Shown here: piece after piece, positions 18,555 to 27,886 of the stretch
Numbering within the stretch: position 1 is the first letter of the stretch
Layout: each line of letters opens with the position of its first letter
Source: an uncultured Candidatus Saccharibacteria bacterium
GTDB taxonomy: Bacteria; Patescibacteriota; Minisyncoccia; 2-02-FULL-40-12; GWA2-44-9
DNA length: 64,000 bases
Direction: 5' to 3'
Assembly: GCA_964444955.1 (NCBI GenBank)
Contig: CAYUJB010000001.1
Span: 1,816-65,815 of the forward strand
Position numbers and translations under genes: made by a program
The notes under the pieces: generated by a model
Seen by the model: only the letters and a program-made list of their open reading frames with translations
Told to the model about the DNA's origin: nothing
The model's database searches: none

Positions 18555-20309
18555 TTACGCTGTTGTTTGTCCTATTTTTGCCCACTCTTGCTTTGCCTTT
18601 TCGATCTCCAGAAGCTGCTTAGGGTCAGAGGTAATGATTTGATCTTCTGCGTATGCCGCCATCACACGTAGACCGACGTGGTTTGAGCCAAGGAAGAACA
18701 AACCGAACCCAACGCGTGCCTCGAGGAGGTAGTACTTTTCTGAGTCGGTGAGATTGAACGTCTGCTGGATGATGTCGATCGCTGCCGTTGATTGCTTCAT
18801 GAGCATTTGCATCGAGGAGTTGGTCACAATCGCCTTTCCCTGCGGGCTCGACATAAAATCAGGAATGTCTTGGCTGATGGTGGAGAGGCCGCAGTAATAT
18901 TTGCGGCCACGCTTGGCGATGTTGAACAAAAATTCAGCGCCCGTCTGGTATTTCATGAGCACCCACGCCTCATCCACCACGAGGAGTCGTTTTTTGCGCT
19001 CTCGACGTACTTGCGCCCAGATGTAGTTGAGCACCGAATACATCGCGATGGGGCGTAGCTCGTCTTCCAGATCACGCAAACCAAAGACGATGAGTTGGTT
19101 ATCGAGCGGAATATTGGTCGGATGGTTGAGAAATCCCGCAAAAGTTCCGGTGGTGAATTTCTCAAGTCGTACCGCCATACGCTCTGCACCCGTGATGCCC
19201 GAGAGGATGTTCTGGAGATCGCTCAGGACTGGCGGAGGAAGTTTTGAGAAGTCAGCATCGGGCACGATATCTTTAATCGCGTACGTTTGGATGAGCGCCT
19301 GGTCCAAAAGCGACTCTTCCTCGGGCGTGAGTCCCCCACCCATGATGAGCTTCACGAGGCCGGCCAGGTTGAGCACGTGGGAGTTGAATGCATCCGCCCA
19401 CGTCTCTTCATCTTTGGGCGTGGGGAGATCAAACGGATTGATGTGCTGGTCAGAATTGATGGAGATTTTGATCGATGTTCCTCCGACGGTATCGGAGAGG
19501 AAGCTATATTCGTTTTCGGGGTCGATGACCATGATTTGTGTGCCCAGGTACAGGTAGCGCAAGAGTTCGAGTTTGACGGTGTAGCTTTTACCGGCACCAG
19601 ATTTTGCGAACATGACTGAATTAGCGTTCTCCAGTGAGAATCGGTCAAAGATGACCATACTGTTGTTGGTGGTGTTGATGCCGTAGAGAACACCCGAATT
19701 CGAGGTAAGGTCACTGGAGACAAACGGGAACATCGATGCGATGGGTTGCGTGTTCAGTGGCGTCAGCGATAAGATGCGATCGTCAGCGAGTGGTGAGGTG
19801 GTGAGAAACCCTTCCAGCATACGAAACGATGTCTGCTTGGGGATCACGAGGAGTCCGTCGAGCATGCTTTTGATCTTGCCTTCGGTTTCATCGAGGTCGT
19901 GGAGTGAGTTTTCGTAGAGCGTGACGTAGAGACCAACTTGAAAGAATCGCTCGGTCCCCTGCTGAAGCTCGTCACGGAGTGCCTCCAAGTCTCCCACAGC
20001 CGTCTGGAGCACCGGATTACGTACCTTACCCGCTGCCTCTTCTTCCATGAGCTGTGCCTGTACCCTGGTGAGCTGGTCGCGCAGCTGCTTGAGCACCTCC
20101 GATGTCTCTTGGGGTGAGACAAAGATGGCAATATCGAGCACTTTGTCGAGGTTTACAATCGGTGAGAGCCAGTTCGCGTTCAGAAAGCGCGGATAGGTTG
20201 CAATAAAGATAGTGCGTGCAAACTTATCCCCTACTTGGATGTAGTTGGAAGATATTTTGATTGCTGATGGTGCCAGTGTTGTGGATGCTCCGACAGGGGT
20301 TGGTTCCAT
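18555..20309 (-). CDS. VirB4/TraC/TrbE-family type IV secretion ATPase (C-terminal ATPase module)
   Basis: Walker A AKSGAGKSYT, Walker B RLLVVDEAWVLM and an arginine finger region, in a DUF87/AAA-like domain organisation. Confidence 0.75.
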   Translation of the reverse strand: MEPTPVGASTTLAPSAIKISSNYIQVGDKFARTIFIATYPRFLNANWLSPIVNLDKVLDIAIFVSPQETSEVLKQLRDQLTRVQAQLMEEEAAGKVRNPVLQTAVGDLEALRDELQQGTERFFQVGLYVTLYENSLHDLDETEGKIKSMLDGLLVIPKQTSFRMLEGFLTTSPLADDRILSLTPLNTQPIASMFPFVSSDLTSNSGVLYGINTTNNSMVIFDRFSLENANSVMFAKSGAGKSYTVKLELLRYLYLGTQIMVIDPENEYSFLSDTVGGTSIKISINSDQHINPFDLPTPKDEETWADAFNSHVLNLAGLVKLIMGGGLTPEEESLLDQALIQTYAIKDIVPDADFSKLPPPVLSDLQNILSGITGAERMAVRLEKFTTGTFAGFLNHPTNIPLDNQLIVFGLRDLEDELRPIAMYSVLNYIWAQVRRERKKRLLVVDEAWVLMKYQTGAEFLFNIAKRGRKYYCGLSTISQDIPDFMSSPQGKAIVTNSSMQMLMKQSTAAIDIIQQTFNLTDSEKYYLLEARVGFGLFFLGSNHVGLRVMAAYAEDQIITSDPKQLLEIEKAKQEWAKIGQTTA

Positions 20310-20315
20310 GGGTGG

Positions 20316-20954
20316 TTAGGCGTTAGGTTGAGTAGGAGCTGGTACTACGGGGTTGTAGACATCATTGAACAGCTGCACGAGTTCTTCCTGGCCGAGCATC
20401 GCTCCGCGAAGTCCCATGCCTGATAGGCCACCGATAATGAGATCGGCGCGCTGCTGGAGCTGTGTCTTGTAACTGGCAAGCTGCTCTGGCGGAATGCCAT
20501 GTGCGGTTGGCGCTTTCTTGAACATATCCTTAATACCCGCAAAAAATCCTTTGCTCTCTTTGGTCGCCACGACCATGAGTGGGAGGACGACATAAAAATT
20601 CTTCTGCATGATGTTGGCAAGATCGGAAAGCTCACCCACAAACCGCATGTATTCGGTCGCCTGAATCTTGAGCAGGTCGTTGGTGAGCTGGTCAGCTGCG
20701 GTGCGCACAGATGCCAGGTACGTGGAGATGTCGTAGCGGCGTGAATGCGCAACCATCTGGATGGGAAAGTCGATGGAATTAAGAAACGCCCCAAATTGCT
20801 GGAGTATCCCCTGCTGTTCGTCGGATGAGCGCAGCTCAAAATTAATTGCCGATACCTTCACAACCGCGCGAAGCGAGCCGTCTTTGAGAAGGAGTACACC
20901 TTCGGTGAGTTCCTGAATTTGAATCAGGTCTGCGGTTGATGGTTCATTTGCCAT
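20316..20954 (-). CDS. hypothetical protein, possibly the separated N-terminal domain of VirB4
   Basis: 212 aa soluble protein immediately upstream of the VirB4-like ATPase on the same strand. Combined length 212+584 matches full-length VirB4 proteins. This is positional inference only. Confidence 0.35.
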   Translation of the reverse strand: MANEPSTADLIQIQELTEGVLLLKDGSLRAVVKVSAINFELRSSDEQQGILQQFGAFLNSIDFPIQMVAHSRRYDISTYLASVRTAADQLTNDLLKIQATEYMRFVGELSDLANIMQKNFYVVLPLMVVATKESKGFFAGIKDMFKKAPTAHGIPPEQLASYKTQLQQRADLIIGGLSGMGLRGAMLGQEELVQLFNDVYNPVVPAPTQPNA

Positions 20955-21294
20955 TGCCAGGAAGGTTAAATTGATTGTCGTTGGGTTTTATTTTGTAGAT
21001 TGCACGCTTCGCGCCGAGACTATACGCCAACATGTAGGCAAGATAATTCAACAATGGTTGCCCATCTACCCTCACGAAAGCGAGCGAACCAAAGAAGCTC
21101 AAGATGACAATTGCAGCGACGAAAAAAAAGATTCCGTTGAGCACAATCCATGCCACAGCCGTCATACTCACGCCACCAGCCACAAACAAAAACTGCATGA
21201 GTGTGAGCGGCCCCACAAGTTTTGTCTCCGTCTGAATAAATTGTGGCACTTGAAATCTCATCCCGTTAGAAGCGACAGGGCAACATGCTACCAC
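20944..21294 (-). CDS. small two-TM membrane protein, VirB3-like by position
   Basis: 116 aa with two hydrophobic helices (LMQFLFVAGGVSMTAVAWIVL, IFFFVAAIVILSFFGSLAF). Size and position upstream of VirB4 match VirB3/TrbD-type subunits. Confidence 0.35.
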   Translation of the reverse strand: MVACCPVASNGMRFQVPQFIQTETKLVGPLTLMQFLFVAGGVSMTAVAWIVLNGIFFFVAAIVILSFFGSLAFVRVDGQPLLNYLAYMLAYSLGAKRAIYKIKPNDNQFNLPGNGK

Positions 21295-21363
21295 CTAGTG
21301 GCAGAAAATGCGCTTGTCCTTTTGTTATTATGACATACATTAGTTGTTCGCTTCTAACGGGAC

Positions 21364-21834
21364 TCATGCGGTTGGTTTGTTTCGTAAGTCTATTGTATTA
21401 CGCGGGAGGGTCGGTGCGCTAGGAGGAAGTGGTGGGATCGGGGTCGGAGCTTGTTGCTGCGCTTCAACTTCTTCATCATCAATAAATATTTCAGTCATAT
21501 TCAAGATTTCTTGCATCAGTTGGGCGATAGATGATTCAGGGATGCCAATGCCCGTTAAGAGTTGCGCAATAGATTCTCGTAGTGACGGATCTTCAAGGGC
21601 GATCATCCCGATAAGCTTTGAGATCGCGAGCGCGTGAGTCTCAGGCAAGAGTCCGCTCGAAATCCAACTCCGAATAGTATTGAGTGTTCCTTCTCCAACG
21701 AGAATATCCTGGACATGGTCGTCAAGCGACAGAAATACCGACGAAAGAATGTATTGCTCGTCTTCATCCCTCCCTAATATCAAAGCCATGTAGGGCGACT
21801 GAATCGCTGAAGTTTGTTCGCTTTGATCCATCAT
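21364..21834 (-). CDS. acidic cytoplasmic hypothetical protein
   Basis: 156 aa, acidic, with a Pro-rich C-terminus (APTPIPPLPPSAPTLP). Coding region overlaps the upstream gene. Confidence 0.35.
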   Translation of the reverse strand: MMDQSEQTSAIQSPYMALILGRDEDEQYILSSVFLSLDDHVQDILVGEGTLNTIRSWISSGLLPETHALAISKLIGMIALEDPSLRESIAQLLTGIGIPESSIAQLMQEILNMTEIFIDDEEVEAQQQAPTPIPPLPPSAPTLPRNTIDLRNKPTA

Positions 21835-24542
21835 GATTGTGTTGTTTCCTTCCTTAATTTCTGCAAGTCTCCATTCATGTCACTGCGACGACTTTCAAGA
21901 TCTTCGATCCATGCATCTAATCGTTTCTTCATCTTCTTATCGGTAGTTTTGTCTTGCTTTTTTCTGAGCCGTTTGATTCCTTGATTAAATTTCCGATCTT
22001 TTGCCTCTAACTCTTTGATATTTTTTCTTGCCGCTGAGCTTTTGATTTTTATGTTCGCGTACTCGTCTAAAATGCGTAGTTGCTGTTCAGGACTAGATAC
22101 ATTTCGGAGTATCTTCCCGAACTTTTCAGGCTTTTTAAGAGATTCTTTTAGCTTCTTTTGCAATTCATCGGGCATTTTTTCTTTTGTGGTGCCAACGGGC
22201 AGTGCTGCGTTCCTCTTCGCTAGCTCGTCTTCAAAATCGAGGACATCGAGATCGGAAAGAGAATCTGCACGATCTGACATTGCTTCGGCGGTAGTAACTT
22301 TCTTTCCATTTCTATCAGTTATAAGACCCATTCCGGCCATGAGTTCAATAGAAGCTACCTTGCTTCTGCCGTTTTTGGATGTTGCTTCAAGAAATGCTCG
22401 CTGATCCTCCGGGCTTTCCTTCATGAGTTCTGTAAGTTTGGTGAGTTGCGATTGATCAAATTTTGCTTTATTGCCAACTTCACCGCGCATAGCGGCATCC
22501 AAAAATTTGCGCACATCTTCTGGCTTGCCCGCACTTTTTGCTGCAGCGGCAAACTTATCAAATTCGAAATCTCCACTAGTGGGATCGAGATAAGTATCCC
22601 AAGCATTAGCCGAGCCCTTTTGAAGTTGCTCGGTAAGGCGCTTTTGGAATTCTTTGCGTGCGACAGGCGATACATCTCCATATTTCTTCAGAAGTAGTTG
22701 CCGTTCTGGTTCCGAGAGCTTGCCCTGCTTCATAAGTATCTCTCCTGCGGCGAGTGCGGCATCTCGATTACCGCTATTGAATTGCGAGCGCAAGTACGCT
22801 TCCTTCTTATCTTTATCAGTGATCTTGTTTGCCGCCGCCTCGATCATCCCCTTCTGCGCCTCAATACGCTTCTGCGCTAGCTTATCAACTTCGGCATCAG
22901 CACCACGAACACCATACTGCATCTTTTTATAGGCAACCGCTTCTTCCTGTGAACGAAATAGATTTGGCGCTCGTCCCTTGATGTTAGCCCCCATGTCTCC
23001 GAATGTCTGCGCCCCGCTGGCCTTAAGAGCTTCGTATGATGAAGTCATGCCGAGTTTATTCGCTACCGCATTAAATCCAAAGTTCGCCTTCTCCCCTACG
23101 CCAAGAGAGTCCGCGGCACCCCCGACATATTTCTTCAGGGAGTCGCTGAGAGAGAACGCATATTTCCATGCAGCGCCAGCTCCGCCGATAAATATCGAAC
23201 CAGCGAGCATGTAAAAAAGTCCAATACCGAAAACTCCAGCAAATGCCCCGGCATCTTTGAGGCCCGAAAGGAGCGAGTTCTGCTGACTCAAAACAAACAT
23301 TCCGATATAGATTACAAAGAGATAGAGTGGCGAAAAAATATTCCAACCAACCATGTTTCCGAACCACTCTTTATGCACCTTCGAACCGGGTACGCCGATA
23401 CTAAAGAATGCGAGGGCGGATAGTGATAGATAGAACCAGGTTACCGGAATTCGCACCACCATAACCACAACAGCGGTAACAAAAGAAAATGCGAGCACAC
23501 CCAAGAAGAAGTTGTTGATGAATAAGCTCAAGATCTTGAGCGCTTGCTCCGATGGCGAGGCGTGCCCTGCTTCTGTGGGCGGCGGCAATGATTGGGCGCT
23601 AGCCCAGGCTCCTTTTGCTGCTCCACTTAATACGCCAGTTCCAAATACGTAGCCCTCCGCGGCACCCGCTACGCCCCCTTTTGCGTTGTTTATCCAGTAA
23701 TTCCCCGCATCTTTTAACGTATCCCACCAACCAGGAGACGTACTCAGCCGCTGTATTTCCTTGTCGATAGCGGCGCTCGTTATAGGTGCTTGTACGCGCG
23801 CAGCTCCTGCGCTACACGCTGACATATTCTGACCAGATGCAAGGCAGTCTTCAAAATATTTCTTTGGCGCGCCAACATATCCTCTCTTTGCTACAAGTTG
23901 CGCAGGATCGAGTTGGTCATCAGGCACACTTGATAGCGGTGCCGCCACTAATGAAAGTCCATTACTACCTGCTGCGACCTGAAGCAGTTGTCCCTGCACC
24001 AAAACGGTGTCAGCGATGTCGATACTCTTACCATCGAGGCCCTTTCCCGTCATAAGACCTGCAACGAGCGAACTCGCTTGGTTTCCAGCCCAGATAATAA
24101 TCTGACCGATGGGAAGACTGAAATTAATAAGGAGAGCGGCGAGGATGACTCCTTTGAGCGCGCTGCTGTAGTAGTATGCTTTTGCCCCTTTTGGTGCGAT
24201 CGAATTGAAAATGGTGCTAAATGCAATAAGGATAAAGAAAATAATAAAGAGCGAGTTGCATATATCGCGAAATACTTTCCAGACGTTATAGACGGCGGCT
24301 CCTCCGTAATTAATCTCGCTTCCAATAATCCAATTTATTAGTTGTCCTCCCCAGACAATGATTTGAACGATTATGTCATGAACGGTCTCTAGGAGCCCGA
24401 CAAAAAGACCAAGAATATCCGATGCTATCCCGTCGCCGGCTGCGTGCGCAGGTGTCGGAACCAGCACGACGAGCGTCGTAATGATAAGGAGCGCAACGAT
24501 TGTAGAGCGATAGGATTTCATCATTGAACACCTTCGGTACAT
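21831..24542 (-). CDS. large polytopic membrane protein with a Lys/Glu-rich coiled-coil tail (VirB6/TrbL-like candidate)
   Basis: 903 aa. Signal-like N-terminus, two blocks of multiple TM helices, and a C-terminal roughly 350-aa charged helical region (KKMKKRLDAWIEDLESRRSDMNGDLQKLRKE). An alternative start at 24524 is possible. Confidence 0.5.
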   Translation of the reverse strand: MYRRCSMMKSYRSTIVALLIITTLVVLVPTPAHAAGDGIASDILGLFVGLLETVHDIIVQIIVWGGQLINWIIGSEINYGGAAVYNVWKVFRDICNSLFIIFFILIAFSTIFNSIAPKGAKAYYYSSALKGVILAALLINFSLPIGQIIIWAGNQASSLVAGLMTGKGLDGKSIDIADTVLVQGQLLQVAAGSNGLSLVAAPLSSVPDDQLDPAQLVAKRGYVGAPKKYFEDCLASGQNMSACSAGAARVQAPITSAAIDKEIQRLSTSPGWWDTLKDAGNYWINNAKGGVAGAAEGYVFGTGVLSGAAKGAWASAQSLPPPTEAGHASPSEQALKILSLFINNFFLGVLAFSFVTAVVVMVVRIPVTWFYLSLSALAFFSIGVPGSKVHKEWFGNMVGWNIFSPLYLFVIYIGMFVLSQQNSLLSGLKDAGAFAGVFGIGLFYMLAGSIFIGGAGAAWKYAFSLSDSLKKYVGGAADSLGVGEKANFGFNAVANKLGMTSSYEALKASGAQTFGDMGANIKGRAPNLFRSQEEAVAYKKMQYGVRGADAEVDKLAQKRIEAQKGMIEAAANKITDKDKKEAYLRSQFNSGNRDAALAAGEILMKQGKLSEPERQLLLKKYGDVSPVARKEFQKRLTEQLQKGSANAWDTYLDPTSGDFEFDKFAAAAKSAGKPEDVRKFLDAAMRGEVGNKAKFDQSQLTKLTELMKESPEDQRAFLEATSKNGRSKVASIELMAGMGLITDRNGKKVTTAEAMSDRADSLSDLDVLDFEDELAKRNAALPVGTTKEKMPDELQKKLKESLKKPEKFGKILRNVSSPEQQLRILDEYANIKIKSSAARKNIKELEAKDRKFNQGIKRLRKKQDKTTDKKMKKRLDAWIEDLESRRSDMNGDLQKLRKETTQS

Positions 24543-26143
24543 GCTGCGACGGGTGATCCTCCATCTGTACGGACAAACCCATCACCCGTGATGACATCAA
24601 AGGAGGTAGAAATGCCTGAATCACCCAGCACGATTTCATCATCTTGAGCAGGATGTAGATGACATACTCCTGCGCCGATGATGTCGCAGATGGCCTGCAG
24701 CACCAGTCGGAAGTCTACCCCAGGAGCGATCTTGCTAGTTCCGCTCTCAAACAGAGCAGGTTGATTTTGCATGACCGATGCGATCACTTGAGATATCACC
24801 CCCGAGGCAACAGCCCGCGCGGTGGGATCATCTTTCACACAGGTGCAGCGGGCGTCACCGCCAGTGCATGCTGGATCGTTGGGCGATGTCTCTCCTGGCG
24901 CCGGCGTCGGTGTGGGTTCTGGCGTGAAGTTGGCTGGGTCTCGCTCGGGGCCGAGCTCGAGCTTGAATGGTAGTGGAGCGTTGGAGAGGTCGAGAATACG
25001 TGTTTGGATGCGCGCCGCGATATCATCCATGAGTCCGCCATCACCGATGGCTACGGTCATGCGCGAGTAGTAGCCCTCGAGGTCGGACTTGATGATATCG
25101 CGCACGGCGCCTGGGACTTGCTTCATGACACCATCGTCAATACATTTTCCGTCGGGGTCTTTTGAGCACTCACCGCGAGTTCCTGAAAATCCCCCACCCG
25201 CAAGAGCCTCTGTGTAAGCTTCTGCAACGCGCGTGGATTTGAGCGTTTCAAATTCAGCGAGCGCCATAGCCTCAAAGTCGCGCCAGTTATTTTGGGGCTG
25301 CTCCATCAAGGCCAAAAACATGTAGCCACTATTTTTCCCCTCCTGATCAGGATCGGTACTCGTCACATCGAAACTCTCGGGAAGCGTGCATTTTGCGCGT
25401 AACTCGAAGGGCGCCCGCTCATCAGTTCGAAATCCAGCGATAGTAATATTAGGCGGACTGTCGCGATATGATTTCGGCACACCGAGATCGTTGAGCACTT
25501 TGTCTCGAAAGGCGGGGCAGATATCAGTGTTAGCCAAGAGCGCCCACCATTGTCGCTGCGCCAATTCTGCTGGGCGTACATTCAGGAAACGAGACCAGTC
25601 GGTTGCTGCGGCAATTCCCCCATCCAACCCCTGCGTTTGGAGCATAGTCGTCGCAGTTTCTGTGACGATGTTCTGCATGACGGTCGTGGTGCAGTTCACC
25701 AAGAAGTTTGATTTGAGGCGCGCTTTAAATTCAGTTTTCAGCTCTGCCTTTGCATCGGAAATTGGTACTTGCACGCATTCAATGGCAAGCGCTTTCCCAA
25801 CAAGAGGGATTTGTTTAATCAGCCCATTGAGCTTGCACATCGCATTTCCAACGGCAATATTCTTCGTCATCTGAAGGAGATCGTTGATCGTGTCCTGTGC
25901 CCAGTTTTTTACCTGCTGCGCTAGTTGGCCATTAAAAAGATTGAGCAGGTTGCCGCGGCACTCGGAGTATTTTGATCCATTAATCCCCTGCTCTTCAGAG
26001 ATTACTTGTACATCTACACTCGCTGGTCGGCGAATACCTAAGTCATTGAGGCTGATAGCTCGACTCACCGTGCCCACGAGAAGCAAGCCCGTGAAGACGA
26101 GTTCAGCGACGAGTAGTGCGGTTGTTAGACGTGGGAGTTTCAT
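24521..26143 (-). CDS. secreted Cys-rich protein (T4SS-like operon component)
   Basis: 540 aa. N-terminal hydrophobic signal/anchor (LLVAELVFTGLLLVGTV), many cysteines, and a PT-rich linker (PEPTPTPAPGETSP). Confidence 0.45.
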   Translation of the reverse strand: MKLPRLTTALLVAELVFTGLLLVGTVSRAISLNDLGIRRPASVDVQVISEEQGINGSKYSECRGNLLNLFNGQLAQQVKNWAQDTINDLLQMTKNIAVGNAMCKLNGLIKQIPLVGKALAIECVQVPISDAKAELKTEFKARLKSNFLVNCTTTVMQNIVTETATTMLQTQGLDGGIAAATDWSRFLNVRPAELAQRQWWALLANTDICPAFRDKVLNDLGVPKSYRDSPPNITIAGFRTDERAPFELRAKCTLPESFDVTSTDPDQEGKNSGYMFLALMEQPQNNWRDFEAMALAEFETLKSTRVAEAYTEALAGGGFSGTRGECSKDPDGKCIDDGVMKQVPGAVRDIIKSDLEGYYSRMTVAIGDGGLMDDIAARIQTRILDLSNAPLPFKLELGPERDPANFTPEPTPTPAPGETSPNDPACTGGDARCTCVKDDPTARAVASGVISQVIASVMQNQPALFESGTSKIAPGVDFRLVLQAICDIIGAGVCHLHPAQDDEIVLGDSGISTSFDVITGDGFVRTDGGSPVAACTEGVQ

Positions 26144-27060
26144 TTGCTATTGAGTGTTGTAGCCATGCGGTGTTGGAACGCAAGCGTGAGGTCGAGAGGC
26201 GTTTCGGAGGTGAGCGTGTTGAGCACCTGAAGAGATATCACTCCCATAAGTGGGTCACTGGCAATATTTTTTACCGCGCGATAGCGCTGCTGCGTTCCAC
26301 GGAGATACAAAATGAGAGATCGATGGAAATCAACCATGGGTGTCGGTACTCGAATGCTCTTGAGTGTGCGGATACGATCTTCGAACGCTACCGCTTCCGA
26401 ATCGGCAGACGCTACGAACGCTTGGAAGACTGATGGTTGTGTAGTGTTGAGTTTTGGGAGATCGGCCAGCGATGCGTTCCCCGCTGTTGCAAGAAAAGCG
26501 CGGTAGTTAGCACTAATCTCAGTAAACATAGGCGCGAGGATGCTTGCCATCTTGAAGCTGTACGCCATCAAGTTGTCTCTGCTGGTGGACGCGACAGCAA
26601 TCGAGTCTAATTCTGAGGCGACATTGGTGGTGTACTGATTGAATATTTCATCGACGAGGTCATCGACGGAGGTGTTGTAGGTTGGATTTTTCGGATCAAG
26701 GTTGCCGGCAGCCACGCCACCCATCAAGAGTGTTGACGCGCGTTGGGTGAGGTTGCGCTTGTTGTCGAGGAAATCATTCGGGCCGGCTTTGGCGGGATCG
26801 TGGCCGGAGAGCACCTCTTCCCCATCCTTATACCCATCACCATCAGTGTCGGGATTTTTGAAGTCGGTATTCCAGTAGGTCTCGTCGTAGTCGCACAGAC
26901 CGTCACCATCTTGATCGTTGCAGTTCGCTGGCGTGGGGGTGGGTTGCGTGATGCTATCGGAGATGGTGGCAGTGGTGAGTGTTGAGCGGAGAGCGTACCA
27001 AAAAGACAAGCCGGCACCCACGGCCAAAACAGCGAGCAGGAATTTAAGTCTTCCACTCAT
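26140..27060 (-). CDS. secreted protein with thrombospondin-type-3-like Ca-binding Asp repeats
   Basis: Start corrected to ATG 27060 (MSGRLKFLLAVLAVGAGLSF), with a GAGG 7 nt upstream. The ORF-track start at 27081 is a GTG lying inside the promoter. Repeats include DQDGDGLCDYDE and NPDTDGDGYKDGEE. Confidence 0.45.
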   Translation of the reverse strand: MSGRLKFLLAVLAVGAGLSFWYALRSTLTTATISDSITQPTPTPANCNDQDGDGLCDYDETYWNTDFKNPDTDGDGYKDGEEVLSGHDPAKAGPNDFLDNKRNLTQRASTLLMGGVAAGNLDPKNPTYNTSVDDLVDEIFNQYTTNVASELDSIAVASTSRDNLMAYSFKMASILAPMFTEISANYRAFLATAGNASLADLPKLNTTQPSVFQAFVASADSEAVAFEDRIRTLKSIRVPTPMVDFHRSLILYLRGTQQRYRAVKNIASDPLMGVISLQVLNTLTSETPLDLTLAFQHRMATTLNSK

Positions 27061-27071
27061 AGATTGCCTCA

Positions 27072-27080
27072 ATTCTACCA
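27072..27080 (-). promoter_or_regulatory. extended -10 promoter element (TGgTAGAAT) for the T4SS-like operon
   Basis: Minus-strand sequence gtggtagaat lies 12 nt upstream of the ATG at 27060. The same TGgTAGAAT element precedes the tRNA-Ser pair at 38991-39000. Confidence 0.4.
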
Positions 27081-27118
27081 CGTTTGAGGCGCAGAAAATC
27101 TACACTTCGTGTGTATAT

Positions 27119-27886
27119 CTAATTGAGCGAGGCGGCGAGTCTTCGCCACTCCTCTACCGAGAGCTCCTGGGGACGCACCGTGGGGGTAATTCCAGCGCGC
27201 GCGAGCGTCTCGGCGGCTATGGTTGCAGTCAGTTGCTTACGTTTTTGACCAAATGCTGGCTTAGCGAGTGCAAGTATCTGTTTGTTTCTTTCTCGCTCCT
27301 CACCCCTTACCGCTACAAGCTTCAGTGACACTACCGCCGAATCCACGTCGGGCATAGGGCGGAAGCTACCCGGCGATACCCGCATAACGATGGAGGGTGT
27401 GGCATAGAGTTGCACTGAGAGGGCTAGTAGATTCATATCCGGCGGCGTGGCGAGCATGCGCTGAGCAACTTCATATTGCACCATGAGTATTGCGAGCGAT
27501 GGCGATGGCCACGACTCGAGCATGAGGCGGATGAGGTGTGAGGTCAGGTAATACGGAATGTTAGCGACGACTTTGTACGCAGAAGGGGTAAGCGTGAAGG
27601 GGTAAGCGTGAAGATCAAGAATATCCCCTTCGATAATCGAGACATTAGGTGTTTGCGCGAATTCGTCACGGAGTGGCTCGATGAGGCGCCTATCTTTTTC
27701 GATGGCGATCACCGTAGCGCCCGTTGCCGCAAGGCGCCTCGTCAGCGCTCCTGTCCCCGGCCCCACCTCAACGATAGTATCTGTAGGTGAAATGTCTGCA
27801 GCTACAATAATACGATCGAGCACGCCCTCGTTGACGAGGAAATTTTGTCCCAATGATTTCTTCGCGTGTACTTTGATGTCAGTCAT
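27119..27886 (-). CDS. rsmA: 16S rRNA (adenine1518/1519-N6)-dimethyltransferase
   Basis: 255 aa. SAM-binding motif VVEVGPGTGALT and a KsgA/Dim1 family pattern. Confidence 0.85.
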   Translation of the reverse strand: MTDIKVHAKKSLGQNFLVNEGVLDRIIVAADISPTDTIVEVGPGTGALTRRLAATGATVIAIEKDRRLIEPLRDEFAQTPNVSIIEGDILDLHAYPFTLTPSAYKVVANIPYYLTSHLIRLMLESWPSPSLAILMVQYEVAQRMLATPPDMNLLALSVQLYATPSIVMRVSPGSFRPMPDVDSAVVSLKLVAVRGEERERNKQILALAKPAFGQKRKQLTATIAAETLARAGITPTVRPQELSVEEWRRLAASLN

